Shown here: positions 17,849 through 25,594 of the stretch, piece by piece
How positions within the stretch are numbered: position 1 is the first letter of the stretch
Layout: each line of letters begins with the position of its first letter
Assembly: GCA_038238015.1 (NCBI GenBank)
Contig: JBBRYA010000003.1
Coordinates: 14,462 to 78,461 of the forward strand
Direction: 5' to 3'
DNA length: 64,000 bases
Origin: Solirubrobacterales bacterium
Lineage (GTDB): Bacteria; Actinomycetota; Thermoleophilia; Solirubrobacterales; Solirubrobacteraceae
Made by a program: the position numbers and the translations under genes
The notes under the pieces: generated by a model
The model's database searches: none
Seen by the model: only the letters and a program-made list of their open reading frames with translations
Told to the model about the DNA's origin: nothing

Positions 17849-18556
17849 CTAACCCTTGTTCTTCTTGGCCTTCTTCCGCGGGTAGCTGACCTTCTCGCAA
17901 TTCCTGGCGATCTTGTCGATCTGATCGGCCGACACCTTGTCCTTGCCGCTGCCGCAGTTGATGCGATCGCGCGCGCCGTCGCGGGCGCTGATGGTGTCGT
18001 TACCCGAGCCGCCTTCGACGATGTCACGGCCGTTGCCAGGCGTGAGCCGGTCGTTGCCGGCCTGGCCGCGCAACTTGTCGTCGCCGTCGCCGCCGGTGAG
18101 GAAGTCTCGGCCGTTGCCGCCGCTCAGGACATCGGTGCCGCTGCCACCGCTGATGCGGTCGTTGCCGTTGCTTCCGCGCAGACGATCGTCGCCGCCCTGA
18201 CCGCTGATGCGATCGTCGCCGCCGTTGCCGTCGATGGAGTCATCGCCGCTGCCGCCCTTGATGTCGTCGTCTCCCTCTTGGCCGGGGATGCACGAGTAGG
18301 GACCGGTGAAACTACTGCCCGGAGGGCACTTCCCATCACCGTTGATGGTGTCGTCGTCACTGCCGCCATCGATGGCGTCGCCGCCGCCGAGCCCGTTGAT
18401 GGCGTCGTCGCCGCCCAGGCCGAGGATGGTGTCGGCGGCCTGGGTGCCGTTGAGGTTGTCAGGACCCGCCGTGCCCGTGACGACTGCCGCGACAGCGGCG
18501 CCCGCCAGCGCGAGCGTCAGTACCACGGCGGCAAGAAACACGGTTGCTCTCTTCAA
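17849..18556 (-). CDS. secreted calcium-binding protein with RTX-type (GGxGxD) nonapeptide repeats
   Basis: Signal peptide [23 protein letters not shown], about 15 GGxG(N/D)Dx repeats, and a Lys-rich tail. TTG start preceded by GGAGGA. Confidence 0.85.
   Translation of the reverse strand: MKRATVFLAAVVLTLALAGAAVAAVVTGTAGPDNLNGTQAADTILGLGGDDAINGLGGGDAIDGGSDDDTINGDGKCPPGSSFTGPYSCIPGQEGDDDIKGGSGDDSIDGNGGDDRISGQGGDDRLRGSNGNDRISGGSGTDVLSGGNGRDFLTGGDGDDKLRGQAGNDRLTPGNGRDIVEGGSGNDTISARDGARDRINCGSGKDKVSADQIDKIARNCEKVSYPRKKAKKNKG
17972..18478 (-). repeat. 27-nt periodic coding repeats (RTX nonapeptides)
   Basis: Repeated [51 protein letters not shown]... units. Confidence 0.7.
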
Positions 18557-18562
18557 CGCAAA

Positions 18563-18568
18563 TCCTCC
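18563..18568 (-). promoter_or_regulatory. Shine-Dalgarno sequence of the RTX-like gene
   Basis: GGAGGA lies 6 nt upstream of the TTG start at 18556. Confidence 0.5.
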
Positions 18569-18683
18569 CCTGGGGCGTGATCGCGCCCGGTGTCAACATC
18601 GTCGTCAGGCCGTACAGCGTAGCGTCGTTTCTCCGCGATCGAGATCGGAGAGGACCAGAAGTCTTCCTGCTCTAATCTGTTGC

Positions 18684-19874
18684 GTGCCGCGACATGACGT
18701 CTCCTCCAAGCGTCTGGAGGCACCGGCCCGGCCGTATCTCGGCCTCAGCGCTCCATCGATTGGCGCTGAGGAGATCGAGGAGCTGTTGGAGTCAATCCGC
18801 AGCGGGTGGCTCACCACTGGGCCGAAGGTGCAACTGTTGGAAAAGCGGCTATCGGGATACCTCTCCGTGCCCCATGTGCGGTGCCTCTCCTCGTGCACCG
18901 CAGGACTCAGCATCGGCTTGCGACTACTGGACGTGGGCCCCGGTGACGAGGTGCTGCTGCCGAGCATGACGTTTGTCTCGTGCGCGAATGCCGTTGTCCA
19001 CGCCGGGGCGCGACCGGTCTTCGTCGACTCCGACCCGGCTACGGGGCTGTTGGATCTCGATCACGCCCAGACGCTGATCTGCGAGCGGACCAAAGCCCTG
19101 ATGCCCGTGCACCTGGCCGGGTTCCCCGTCGACATGGATCAGATCAACACGCTGCGCGAGCGCACCGGTGTCGGTGTCATCGAAGACGCTGCCCACGCCA
19201 TTGGCGCCAAGTGGAGGGGGGTGCCGGTGGGGGCGCACGGGAATCTGACCTCCTTCTCCTTCCACGCGACGAAGAACATGACCACGTTCGAGGGAGGGGC
19301 CCTCACGCTCTTCGACGACGAGGCGGCAGAGAGGGCCACGCGACTCTCCCTGCACGGACTCACTCGCTCGGCGTGGTCGCGCCACGCGACGACCGGCCCG
19401 GCCGCGTACGAGGTACCCGAACCAGGCTTCAAGTTCGCGATGCACGACATCGCGGCCGCAGTAGGCATCCATCAACTGGGCCGTCTCGACGGGTGGATTG
19501 AACGACGTGCGGAGCTCGCTGATGCCTACGACGAGGCGCTGGTCAGGCTCGACCTGCCGCTCGAGCTGCCGGCTCGGCCGCCCGCTCACTCGCGGCACGC
19601 CCACCACCTCTACACCGTCCGCGTGCGTTCTGACGCTCGGATGTCGCGAGACGACGTGATCGGACACCTGCAGAGAGAGGGCATCGGTTCGAGCGTCCAC
19701 TTCAAGGCGATTCACCTCTACGACTACTATCGCGTCAGTCTTGAACTGTCGCCCGGAGATCTCCCGGTGGCAACGGATCTCTCAAGGCGCGCCCTGAGTC
19801 TGCCGTTGTATCCGGGTATGTCCGAGAGCGACGTCGACCTCGTGACCTCGCGGCTGGCCGAGATGCTCGCATGA
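18684..19874 (+). CDS. DegT/DnrJ/EryC1/StrS-family PLP-dependent sugar aminotransferase
   Basis: ...GPKVQLLEKRL...SCTAGLSIGL...GDEVLLPSMTFVSCANAV...EDAAHAIGA...SFSFHATKNMTTFEGG carries the PLP lysine motif. The start is taken as GTG 18684; the upstream part of the ORF overlaps the RTX gene. Confidence 0.85.
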   Translation: MPRHDVSSKRLEAPARPYLGLSAPSIGAEEIEELLESIRSGWLTTGPKVQLLEKRLSGYLSVPHVRCLSSCTAGLSIGLRLLDVGPGDEVLLPSMTFVSCANAVVHAGARPVFVDSDPATGLLDLDHAQTLICERTKALMPVHLAGFPVDMDQINTLRERTGVGVIEDAAHAIGAKWRGVPVGAHGNLTSFSFHATKNMTTFEGGALTLFDDEAAERATRLSLHGLTRSAWSRHATTGPAAYEVPEPGFKFAMHDIAAAVGIHQLGRLDGWIERRAELADAYDEALVRLDLPLELPARPPAHSRHAHHLYTVRVRSDARMSRDDVIGHLQREGIGSSVHFKAIHLYDYYRVSLELSPGDLPVATDLSRRALSLPLYPGMSESDVDLVTSRLAEMLA

Positions 19875-20938
19875 TGGGTGTCGTCTGTCGCTTGCTGGTG
19901 GCCCTCTGCGCGAGCCTCGCCCTGATGACCGCCGCGTCGCCGGCTACGGCGAGTGCGTCGTCCCTCAAGGCGATCTGGGGGCCCTCTGAACTGCCCGACG
20001 GGAAATCGGCCTTCCCGCTCTACAAGCGGCTTGGGGTCGATGTGCTGGAGCACCAACTGAGCTGGCGCGACGTCGCGACGGCCCGCCCAGCCAATCCGCA
20101 GGACCCAAACGATCCGGCCTATCGCTGGCCAAAGGCACTCGATCTGGCTGTAGCGGAGGCAGACAGGTCTGGGATCCGGACCGCACTGATGGTGAAGCAG
20201 ACGCCCGACTGGGCAAACCGGAACCGCGGACCCGAATGGGTTCCCGACAACGTGGGCGACTACGGAGACTTTCTCGTCGCGGCGGCCAAGCGCTATCGGA
20301 CCGTCCGGCACTGGATGATCTGGGGTGAGCCGACTCGAGGCGACTCCTTTGAGCCGATGCCGCCAGGGCAGCGCCGTGGGCCGCGGGCCTACGCGGTGCT
20401 GCTCGATCGCGCTTACGCGGCTCTGAAGGGTGTCAGCCGCGACAACATCGTCATCGGCGGCATGACCTACACCGTTGGGGTGGTCGGTCCGAGCGACTTC
20501 GTTCGCTGGATGCGCCTGCCCAACGGCAAGCCCCCCAGACTCGACTGGTTCGGGCACAACCCATTCTCGGTGCGCTTCCCGAGACTGGCCGCGAATCCGT
20601 ACAGGATGTCGTTGAGGGACATGAGCGATGTGGACACACTGCATGCAGAGGTGCGGCGGGCCTATCGTGGGCATCGCACGCCGCGGCTCTGGCTGTCCGA
20701 ATTCACCGTTTCCTCTGATCGTGACAACCGCGCCTTCGCTTTCCACGTCAGTCGCCGCGGGCAGGCCAAATGGCTCGCGGCTGCGTTCCAGATCGCTGCC
20801 GGTCGCTCCTACATCGCCGGGATCGGTTGGTACACGTTGCTGGACGAACCCGAACACAAGAAGGGGCTCACGAGCGGTCTGCTGACCTCCTCGGGCAAGA
20901 CCAAGCCCGCGTTCTACGCGTATCCGCGCGCGCGCTGA
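19871..20938 (+). CDS. secreted clan GH-A-like glycoside hydrolase (TIM barrel, PslG/GH5/GH39-like; family not assignable by eye)
   Basis: Signal peptide. The acid/base-like motif is WMIWGEPT and the nucleophile-like motif is LWLSEFTV. ATGA overlap with the DegT gene. A paralog exists at 47887. Confidence 0.75.
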   Translation: MMGVVCRLLVALCASLALMTAASPATASASSLKAIWGPSELPDGKSAFPLYKRLGVDVLEHQLSWRDVATARPANPQDPNDPAYRWPKALDLAVAEADRSGIRTALMVKQTPDWANRNRGPEWVPDNVGDYGDFLVAAAKRYRTVRHWMIWGEPTRGDSFEPMPPGQRRGPRAYAVLLDRAYAALKGVSRDNIVIGGMTYTVGVVGPSDFVRWMRLPNGKPPRLDWFGHNPFSVRFPRLAANPYRMSLRDMSDVDTLHAEVRRAYRGHRTPRLWLSEFTVSSDRDNRAFAFHVSRRGQAKWLAAAFQIAAGRSYIAGIGWYTLLDEPEHKKGLTSGLLTSSGKTKPAFYAYPRAR

Positions 20939-22131
20939 TCGGCCACACGCTCGAGCAACGCGGCCCAGCGGTCGACCGATGCGTCGCGACTGAAGCGATG
21001 AAGGGCCGCCGACCGGCCGGCTGAGCCGAGCGCGGCACGCAGCGCAACATCGCCGGCCAGCTCCGTGAATGCCGCCGCCAGCGCCCCGGGGTCCTCCGGC
21101 GCGACTGCCAGGCCGGCACCGAGCTCGCGTACGAGCGACCACGCCTCCCCCCTTGCCGAGACGACGACTGGGCGTGCGGCAGCCATGCACTCGAGGAGCT
21201 TCGTGGGCAGCGCATCTGCAAAGAGTCCGCGGTCGCGCAGCAGCACGACTCCCGCGTGCGCTTGGCGGTAGAGCGCGGGCACCGCATCAGCGGGCACCAT
21301 GCCGAGCAGGTCGACGTTGTCGATCCGCTCCTTCGAGACACGTCGCGCGAGAGCGGCGGCCTCGGCACCCTCTCCGGCGATGGTTAGATGAACGACTCCG
21401 GGCCCTGCGAGTCGTGCGGCGGACACAAGCGCATCCAGGCCGTGAGCCAGTCCCACGGTGCCCGCGTACAGGACCCGGAGCGGCGGGCTCTCGGCCTCGG
21501 GCGGCCCGGGCGTGAAGCGGTCGGCGTCCACCGCCGGTGGCATGTGCAGCGTCTTGCCCTTCGCGGGCTCCCGCTCGTTGAGCCTGCGCACCATCCCCGC
21601 CGTCGGAACCGTGATCGCCGCCGCGTGGCGGTAGCTCCATTCCTCTAGCGCCCGGGCCGCCTTGATCAAGCCCGGGTTGCGCAATGCTTCGAGCGCCACT
21701 GCGCTGTCCGGCCACAGGTCCGCGACGTTGAGGACGACTGGCGCCCGCTTGGCCGCCGCGTACGGCACCGCGGCCGCGGCCAGGAACAGTGGCGGCGTCT
21801 CGGCCACGACGACGTCGGCGGGGCCGGTCGCAGCGGCAGTCACGAGCGAGGATCCCGCGAAGCTCGCGTGGTTCATCAATCGTCGACCGAAGCCCGCGTT
21901 CGGGCTGGCATAGACGGCCGACCTGACCACGAGCGTCCCGGCCTGAAGCTCGCGCAGAAGGGGGCGGTTGCGGTAGGGCGCGAGGATCGTGCCTGTGGGG
22001 TAATTCGGAAACCCGGTGTGGACCGTCACGTCCATCCCCCGGGCGCTCAGACCCCGGGCCAACGCGGCGATACGCGTCTGTGGCGCGCCCACCTCGGGTG
22101 GGAAGTAGTGCGTCAGGAACAGAGCCCGCAC
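20914..22131 (-). CDS. glycosyltransferase family 4 (WcaI/WbuB-like)
   Basis: VRALFLTHYFPPEVGAPQTRI...NYPTG...LNVADLWPDSAV is typical of this subfamily. GTG 22131 is preferred over the ORF-track start 22179, which overlaps the upstream gene. Confidence 0.85.
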   Translation of the reverse strand: MRALFLTHYFPPEVGAPQTRIAALARGLSARGMDVTVHTGFPNYPTGTILAPYRNRPLLRELQAGTLVVRSAVYASPNAGFGRRLMNHASFAGSSLVTAAATGPADVVVAETPPLFLAAAAVPYAAAKRAPVVLNVADLWPDSAVALEALRNPGLIKAARALEEWSYRHAAAITVPTAGMVRRLNEREPAKGKTLHMPPAVDADRFTPGPPEAESPPLRVLYAGTVGLAHGLDALVSAARLAGPGVVHLTIAGEGAEAAALARRVSKERIDNVDLLGMVPADAVPALYRQAHAGVVLLRDRGLFADALPTKLLECMAAARPVVVSARGEAWSLVRELGAGLAVAPEDPGALAAAFTELAGDVALRAALGSAGRSAALHRFSRDASVDRWAALLERVADQRARGYA

Positions 22132-22141
22132 CTGGGGCGGC

Positions 22142-24127
22142 TCAGCCCTTGCCGGTCGCAAGCTTCTGCAGACCGGCATCGCGCGGGTTGAGCGCCAGTG
22201 CGCGCCGGTACCAGGCGCGCGCGATCCCGGGATGGCCCGCGCGAAGCTCGAGGTCGCCCAACAACGCCATCGTCACGAAGCTGCGCGGCTCGAGCTCGAG
22301 CGAGCGGCGCAAGACGGCGAGCGCCGCTGCGGGCCGACCGAGAGTCTCGAGCGCACCGGCCTGCAGATAGCGGGGAGTCAGCGCGACGGGGTCGAGCCGC
22401 TGCGCCGTACGCGCGGTGTCCAGCTGCGCAACCGGCGACGTTCTCCCCTTGGCTCGTGCGAGTCGCACGTCCAGGTCGGAGAGATACAAGAAGCCGACCA
22501 GGAGGGCCGCCACAAGTGGGACGAGCCCGCTGACGAGTCGCCACTCGGGCCTGCCCGGCCGTGCCGGCTCGCGGGCATCAGGCAGAGCTATGAGCGCCAC
22601 CCCGAGTGCCAGGCACGTGAGCCCGAGCCCGCTGAGCCCCGGTATCAGCCACAGCCAATCGACGCTTGCCTGCCCGAGCAGGACCGTCCCCGAGGCGAGC
22701 AGGGCCGAGCCCCAGCGGCGCCCGGCCGGCGACGCGCGCCCCCAACCTCGCGCCACGGCCACCGCCGCCGCAATCGGGAGCGTGATGAGAAGCAGGAGGC
22801 CAACGAGCCCCGTCTCGGCGAGCGTCTGCATCGGCAGGCTGTGCGGGGTCGAGAGGTTGCGATCGGTGTGGCGTTGTGCGTAATAGCCGACCGGGTAGCT
22901 GCCCTCCCCAACCCCGGTGACGGGAGCGGAACGGAACTCGTTCAACGCGATCCGCCAGAGGTCGTAGCGCTGGCCGCCCGTCGAGCCCAGGCGCGTCTCC
23001 GCAGGGGCGGCGACGTCGAGCTGCCTGAATTCCTGCGCCTTGTCGCGCACGAGCTTGATCGGGTCCCCGACGGCGATCAGGCCGCCGACGAGCACCGCGC
23101 AGGTTAGGGCCACCAGAAGGCCGGCGGCCACGCGGCCGAGGGCCCGCTGCGCCTCGGCCGACACGCGCAGTCCGCCGTCGAAGAGCGCGAGCAGGAGCAC
23201 GACCGCGAAGGAGGCGGCGGCGAGCACCGCCATGGCCTCCATCGCCTTGGTGATCGCCGGCGCCGAGGTCTGCCCGGTGGCGACTAAGGCGTCGTAGGGG
23301 ACCAGTAGGCGCTGGGCCGCGATGGCGACGCCGGCCACGGCCATCAGCGAGAGCCACGCCCGGCGCACGCGATCCGGCCCGAGTGCGAGCGCAACGACCG
23401 CGCCGAGGCAGAAGCCGATCAGCACGCCGCGCGACTGGGTGAGGAAGGCCAGCCCGAGGGAGGTCGTCGCCGTGCCGAACGCCGCCGCTCGCAGGAGCGG
23501 GTTCAGGCCGCGCTGTGCGGTCATGCAGAGCAGCGGCCAGAAGGCCATCGCGAACAAGGCCGCCGTGGCGTTGCGATAGCCGACGGGGTCGTTCAGTCGG
23601 CCGGCCAGGAAGTGCGGCGCGCCGTCGCTGAGGCAAGCGACGAAGGTGGCCACGACCGCAGCGGCAAGTCCCAGCGTGAGCCCTCCTGCAAGCCGCAGCG
23701 CTGCCTTTCGGTCGGGCAGCGTGACCAGAGGCAGTGTGACGAGCGCGGCGTAGAGCAGGTTGCGCGCGGAGCCTTCGAGGGCGCCGCCCGGGGAATCCGC
23801 CCACAGGGCGCTCAGCAGCGTCCACAGCGCGTAGGCCCAGGCCGCCCCGACCACCACGATGCCGGGGCCCCTGAGCGCGCGGCGGCGTACGCAGGCGAGC
23901 ATGACCAGGGCGAACACCGCGATTGGCCCCCACTGGCGCAGCGAGAACGCGCCGTCAGCGAGGACCGCAATTGAGAGCAACACCAGCACGACTGCCATCG
24001 GGGCGATGGCGACCGCTCGATGCGGGGGTGGTTGGTGCGGATCGACGACCCGCTGCGTCTCGACTCCGGCGCGAATGTCCCTAGTCACGGCGCAGATGCC
24101 TACCATTGTCACGGATGAGATGGTCAC
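22142..24127 (-). CDS. O-antigen ligase/polymerase-like (Wzy_C) membrane protein with C-terminal TPR region (copy 2)
   Basis: Polytopic membrane protein with a C-terminal TPR-like tail (...LELRAGHPGIARAWYRRALALNPRD...). The start is uncertain; internal Met codons lie at 24106 and 23998. Confidence 0.8.
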   Translation of the reverse strand: MTISSVTMVGICAVTRDIRAGVETQRVVDPHQPPPHRAVAIAPMAVVLVLLSIAVLADGAFSLRQWGPIAVFALVMLACVRRRALRGPGIVVVGAAWAYALWTLLSALWADSPGGALEGSARNLLYAALVTLPLVTLPDRKAALRLAGGLTLGLAAAVVATFVACLSDGAPHFLAGRLNDPVGYRNATAALFAMAFWPLLCMTAQRGLNPLLRAAAFGTATTSLGLAFLTQSRGVLIGFCLGAVVALALGPDRVRRAWLSLMAVAGVAIAAQRLLVPYDALVATGQTSAPAITKAMEAMAVLAAASFAVVLLLALFDGGLRVSAEAQRALGRVAAGLLVALTCAVLVGGLIAVGDPIKLVRDKAQEFRQLDVAAPAETRLGSTGGQRYDLWRIALNEFRSAPVTGVGEGSYPVGYYAQRHTDRNLSTPHSLPMQTLAETGLVGLLLLITLPIAAAVAVARGWGRASPAGRRWGSALLASGTVLLGQASVDWLWLIPGLSGLGLTCLALGVALIALPDAREPARPGRPEWRLVSGLVPLVAALLVGFLYLSDLDVRLARAKGRTSPVAQLDTARTAQRLDPVALTPRYLQAGALETLGRPAAALAVLRRSLELEPRSFVTMALLGDLELRAGHPGIARAWYRRALALNPRDAGLQKLATGKG

Positions 24128-24705
24128 CGCTCGCCGCTGCCCCCGTGGCGCTGCTGTTCAGCGCGTCCGCGCCCGCCGTCGGCCATGGGCAATCCACGGA
24201 TCCCGCCCGGGGCAGCCCCCCCGGTGTGATCTACGAGATCCCGCTCGACAACGCCCGGCGCGACGCGGCGCCGTCAGCGCACCGTCGCGCCAGCGGCGGC
24301 CGGAGCCGAAACGGCGCTCCTGGAGCGGGTGGCTCTACGACCCAGGGCACATCGGTTCCGGCGTCCGCCGCAGGGGGCGTCACGCCCTCGTCGATCCACT
24401 CCGAGAACGGCTTCGGCTCTTCGTCGACGGTTCCCGGGGTGTCGGCCGGCGGGAATGGGTCGCAATCGAAGGATCGCCGGAGCGGCGCTGGCGCCGGGGC
24501 GGCTGGCGGCAGTTCCGGAGGCGGCTCGGGCTCGGCCGGAGGCAACGCTTCCCAGGCCGACCACGCCTCGGCCGAGCGGCTGATCGCCCCCGGCACCGCG
24601 GCCGTCACTCCGTCGAAGTCCCGCGCCTACCTGCTGTTGCTACTCGCGCTGGCCGGCGCCGTGGCGATTGGCCTGGCCGGGCGCTACATGTCGCGCAATC
24701 GCTGA
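24115..24705 (+). CDS. secreted Gly/Ser-rich protein with C-terminal membrane anchor (copy 2)
   Basis: Signal peptide MRWSPLAAAPVALLFSASAPAVG, then YEIPLDNARRDA, a long G/S-rich tract, AERLIAPGTA, a TM helix (AYLLLLLALAGAVAIGLAG) and a basic tail. The architecture matches 10795..11382. Confidence 0.55.
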   Translation: MRWSPLAAAPVALLFSASAPAVGHGQSTDPARGSPPGVIYEIPLDNARRDAAPSAHRRASGGRSRNGAPGAGGSTTQGTSVPASAAGGVTPSSIHSENGFGSSSTVPGVSAGGNGSQSKDRRSGAGAGAAGGSSGGGSGSAGGNASQADHASAERLIAPGTAAVTPSKSRAYLLLLLALAGAVAIGLAGRYMSRNR

Positions 24706-24722
24706 CACGACAGTGCCGCGAA

Positions 24723-25529
24723 TCAGAGCGGGGCCGCTGCCTCTACGGCGTAGAGGACGATGAGGGCCAGGAGCAGGCCGACGAGTCCGATCGCCGGCAC
24801 CGCGCGCGGCAGGATCGCCACGGATGCCGGCGGTGCGCCGGCCAGCCGACGCAGGATCTGATGGATGGGCAGCAATCCGGTCTTGAGCAACACCCCGACG
24901 TCCGACAGGACGCCATGGTCGTTGACGTAGGCAAGGTCGATCTCGAGCTTGTAGGGAAGGATCGACTCGCGGTACACGCGTGCCCGGTCGATGGACTGGG
25001 CTCGCGCGAGTACGTCGCCCTCCCACGCGTACTCGAGCTGTGCGAGGCCGGTGAGTCCGGGCGGCACGCTCAGGATGCGCTCGTACTCGTTGGAATACTC
25101 CGCGACGAATTCCTCGACCTCGGGCCTCGGGCCGACGAGGCGCATATCGCCCTTGATCACGTTCCAGACCTGGGGGAGTTCGTCGAGCCGGCTGAGGGCC
25201 AGGCGCCGGCCCAGCGGCGTGAAGCGCTCGTCGCCCGAGACGCTGAGCGGAGGTCCGGCGGCGTCGCGCAGCATCGTTCGGAATTTGAACATCTCGAAGA
25301 TTCGTCCCCCACGGCCGACGCGCTGGGAGCGATAAAGGACGGGCCCGGGCGAATCCAGGAACACGGCCGCCGCGAGGCACAGCCCCAGCAGGACGATCAG
25401 CGGGGACGTGACCCCGATGAGCGCAAGATCGAGCGCCCGCAGTGCGGGAGGGATGCGATCGGCGACCTCTCGGGATCGACGGAGCCGAGCAAGCGCCTCC
25501 ATCGTGTTTCTCCCGTAGCGCTTCCCCAT
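24723..25529 (-). CDS. small (WbaP C-domain/WcaJ-like) polyprenyl-phosphate sugar phosphotransferase
   Basis: One N-terminal TM helix, then the bacterial sugar transferase signature FKFRTM...DERFTPLGRRLALSRLDELPQVWNVIKGDMRLVGPRP...PGLTGLAQ. Confidence 0.9.
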   Translation of the reverse strand: MGKRYGRNTMEALARLRRSREVADRIPPALRALDLALIGVTSPLIVLLGLCLAAAVFLDSPGPVLYRSQRVGRGGRIFEMFKFRTMLRDAAGPPLSVSGDERFTPLGRRLALSRLDELPQVWNVIKGDMRLVGPRPEVEEFVAEYSNEYERILSVPPGLTGLAQLEYAWEGDVLARAQSIDRARVYRESILPYKLEIDLAYVNDHGVLSDVGVLLKTGLLPIHQILRRLAGAPPASVAILPRAVPAIGLVGLLLALIVLYAVEAAAPL

Positions 25530-25594
25530 CCCCGCCGCAGGGTAGCGGTCGACTGCGCGCTCGTCATTGGGTTTCCGACCCGAACGGATGGCGT

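Noticed and set aside
16645-18027. The upstream ~460 codons of the 542-aa ORF 16399..18027(-).
   Set aside because: Only the last 81 codons (VapB) are meaningful. The remainder is antisense to the well-supported GT4 gene 16684..17793 and runs through the terminator hairpin.
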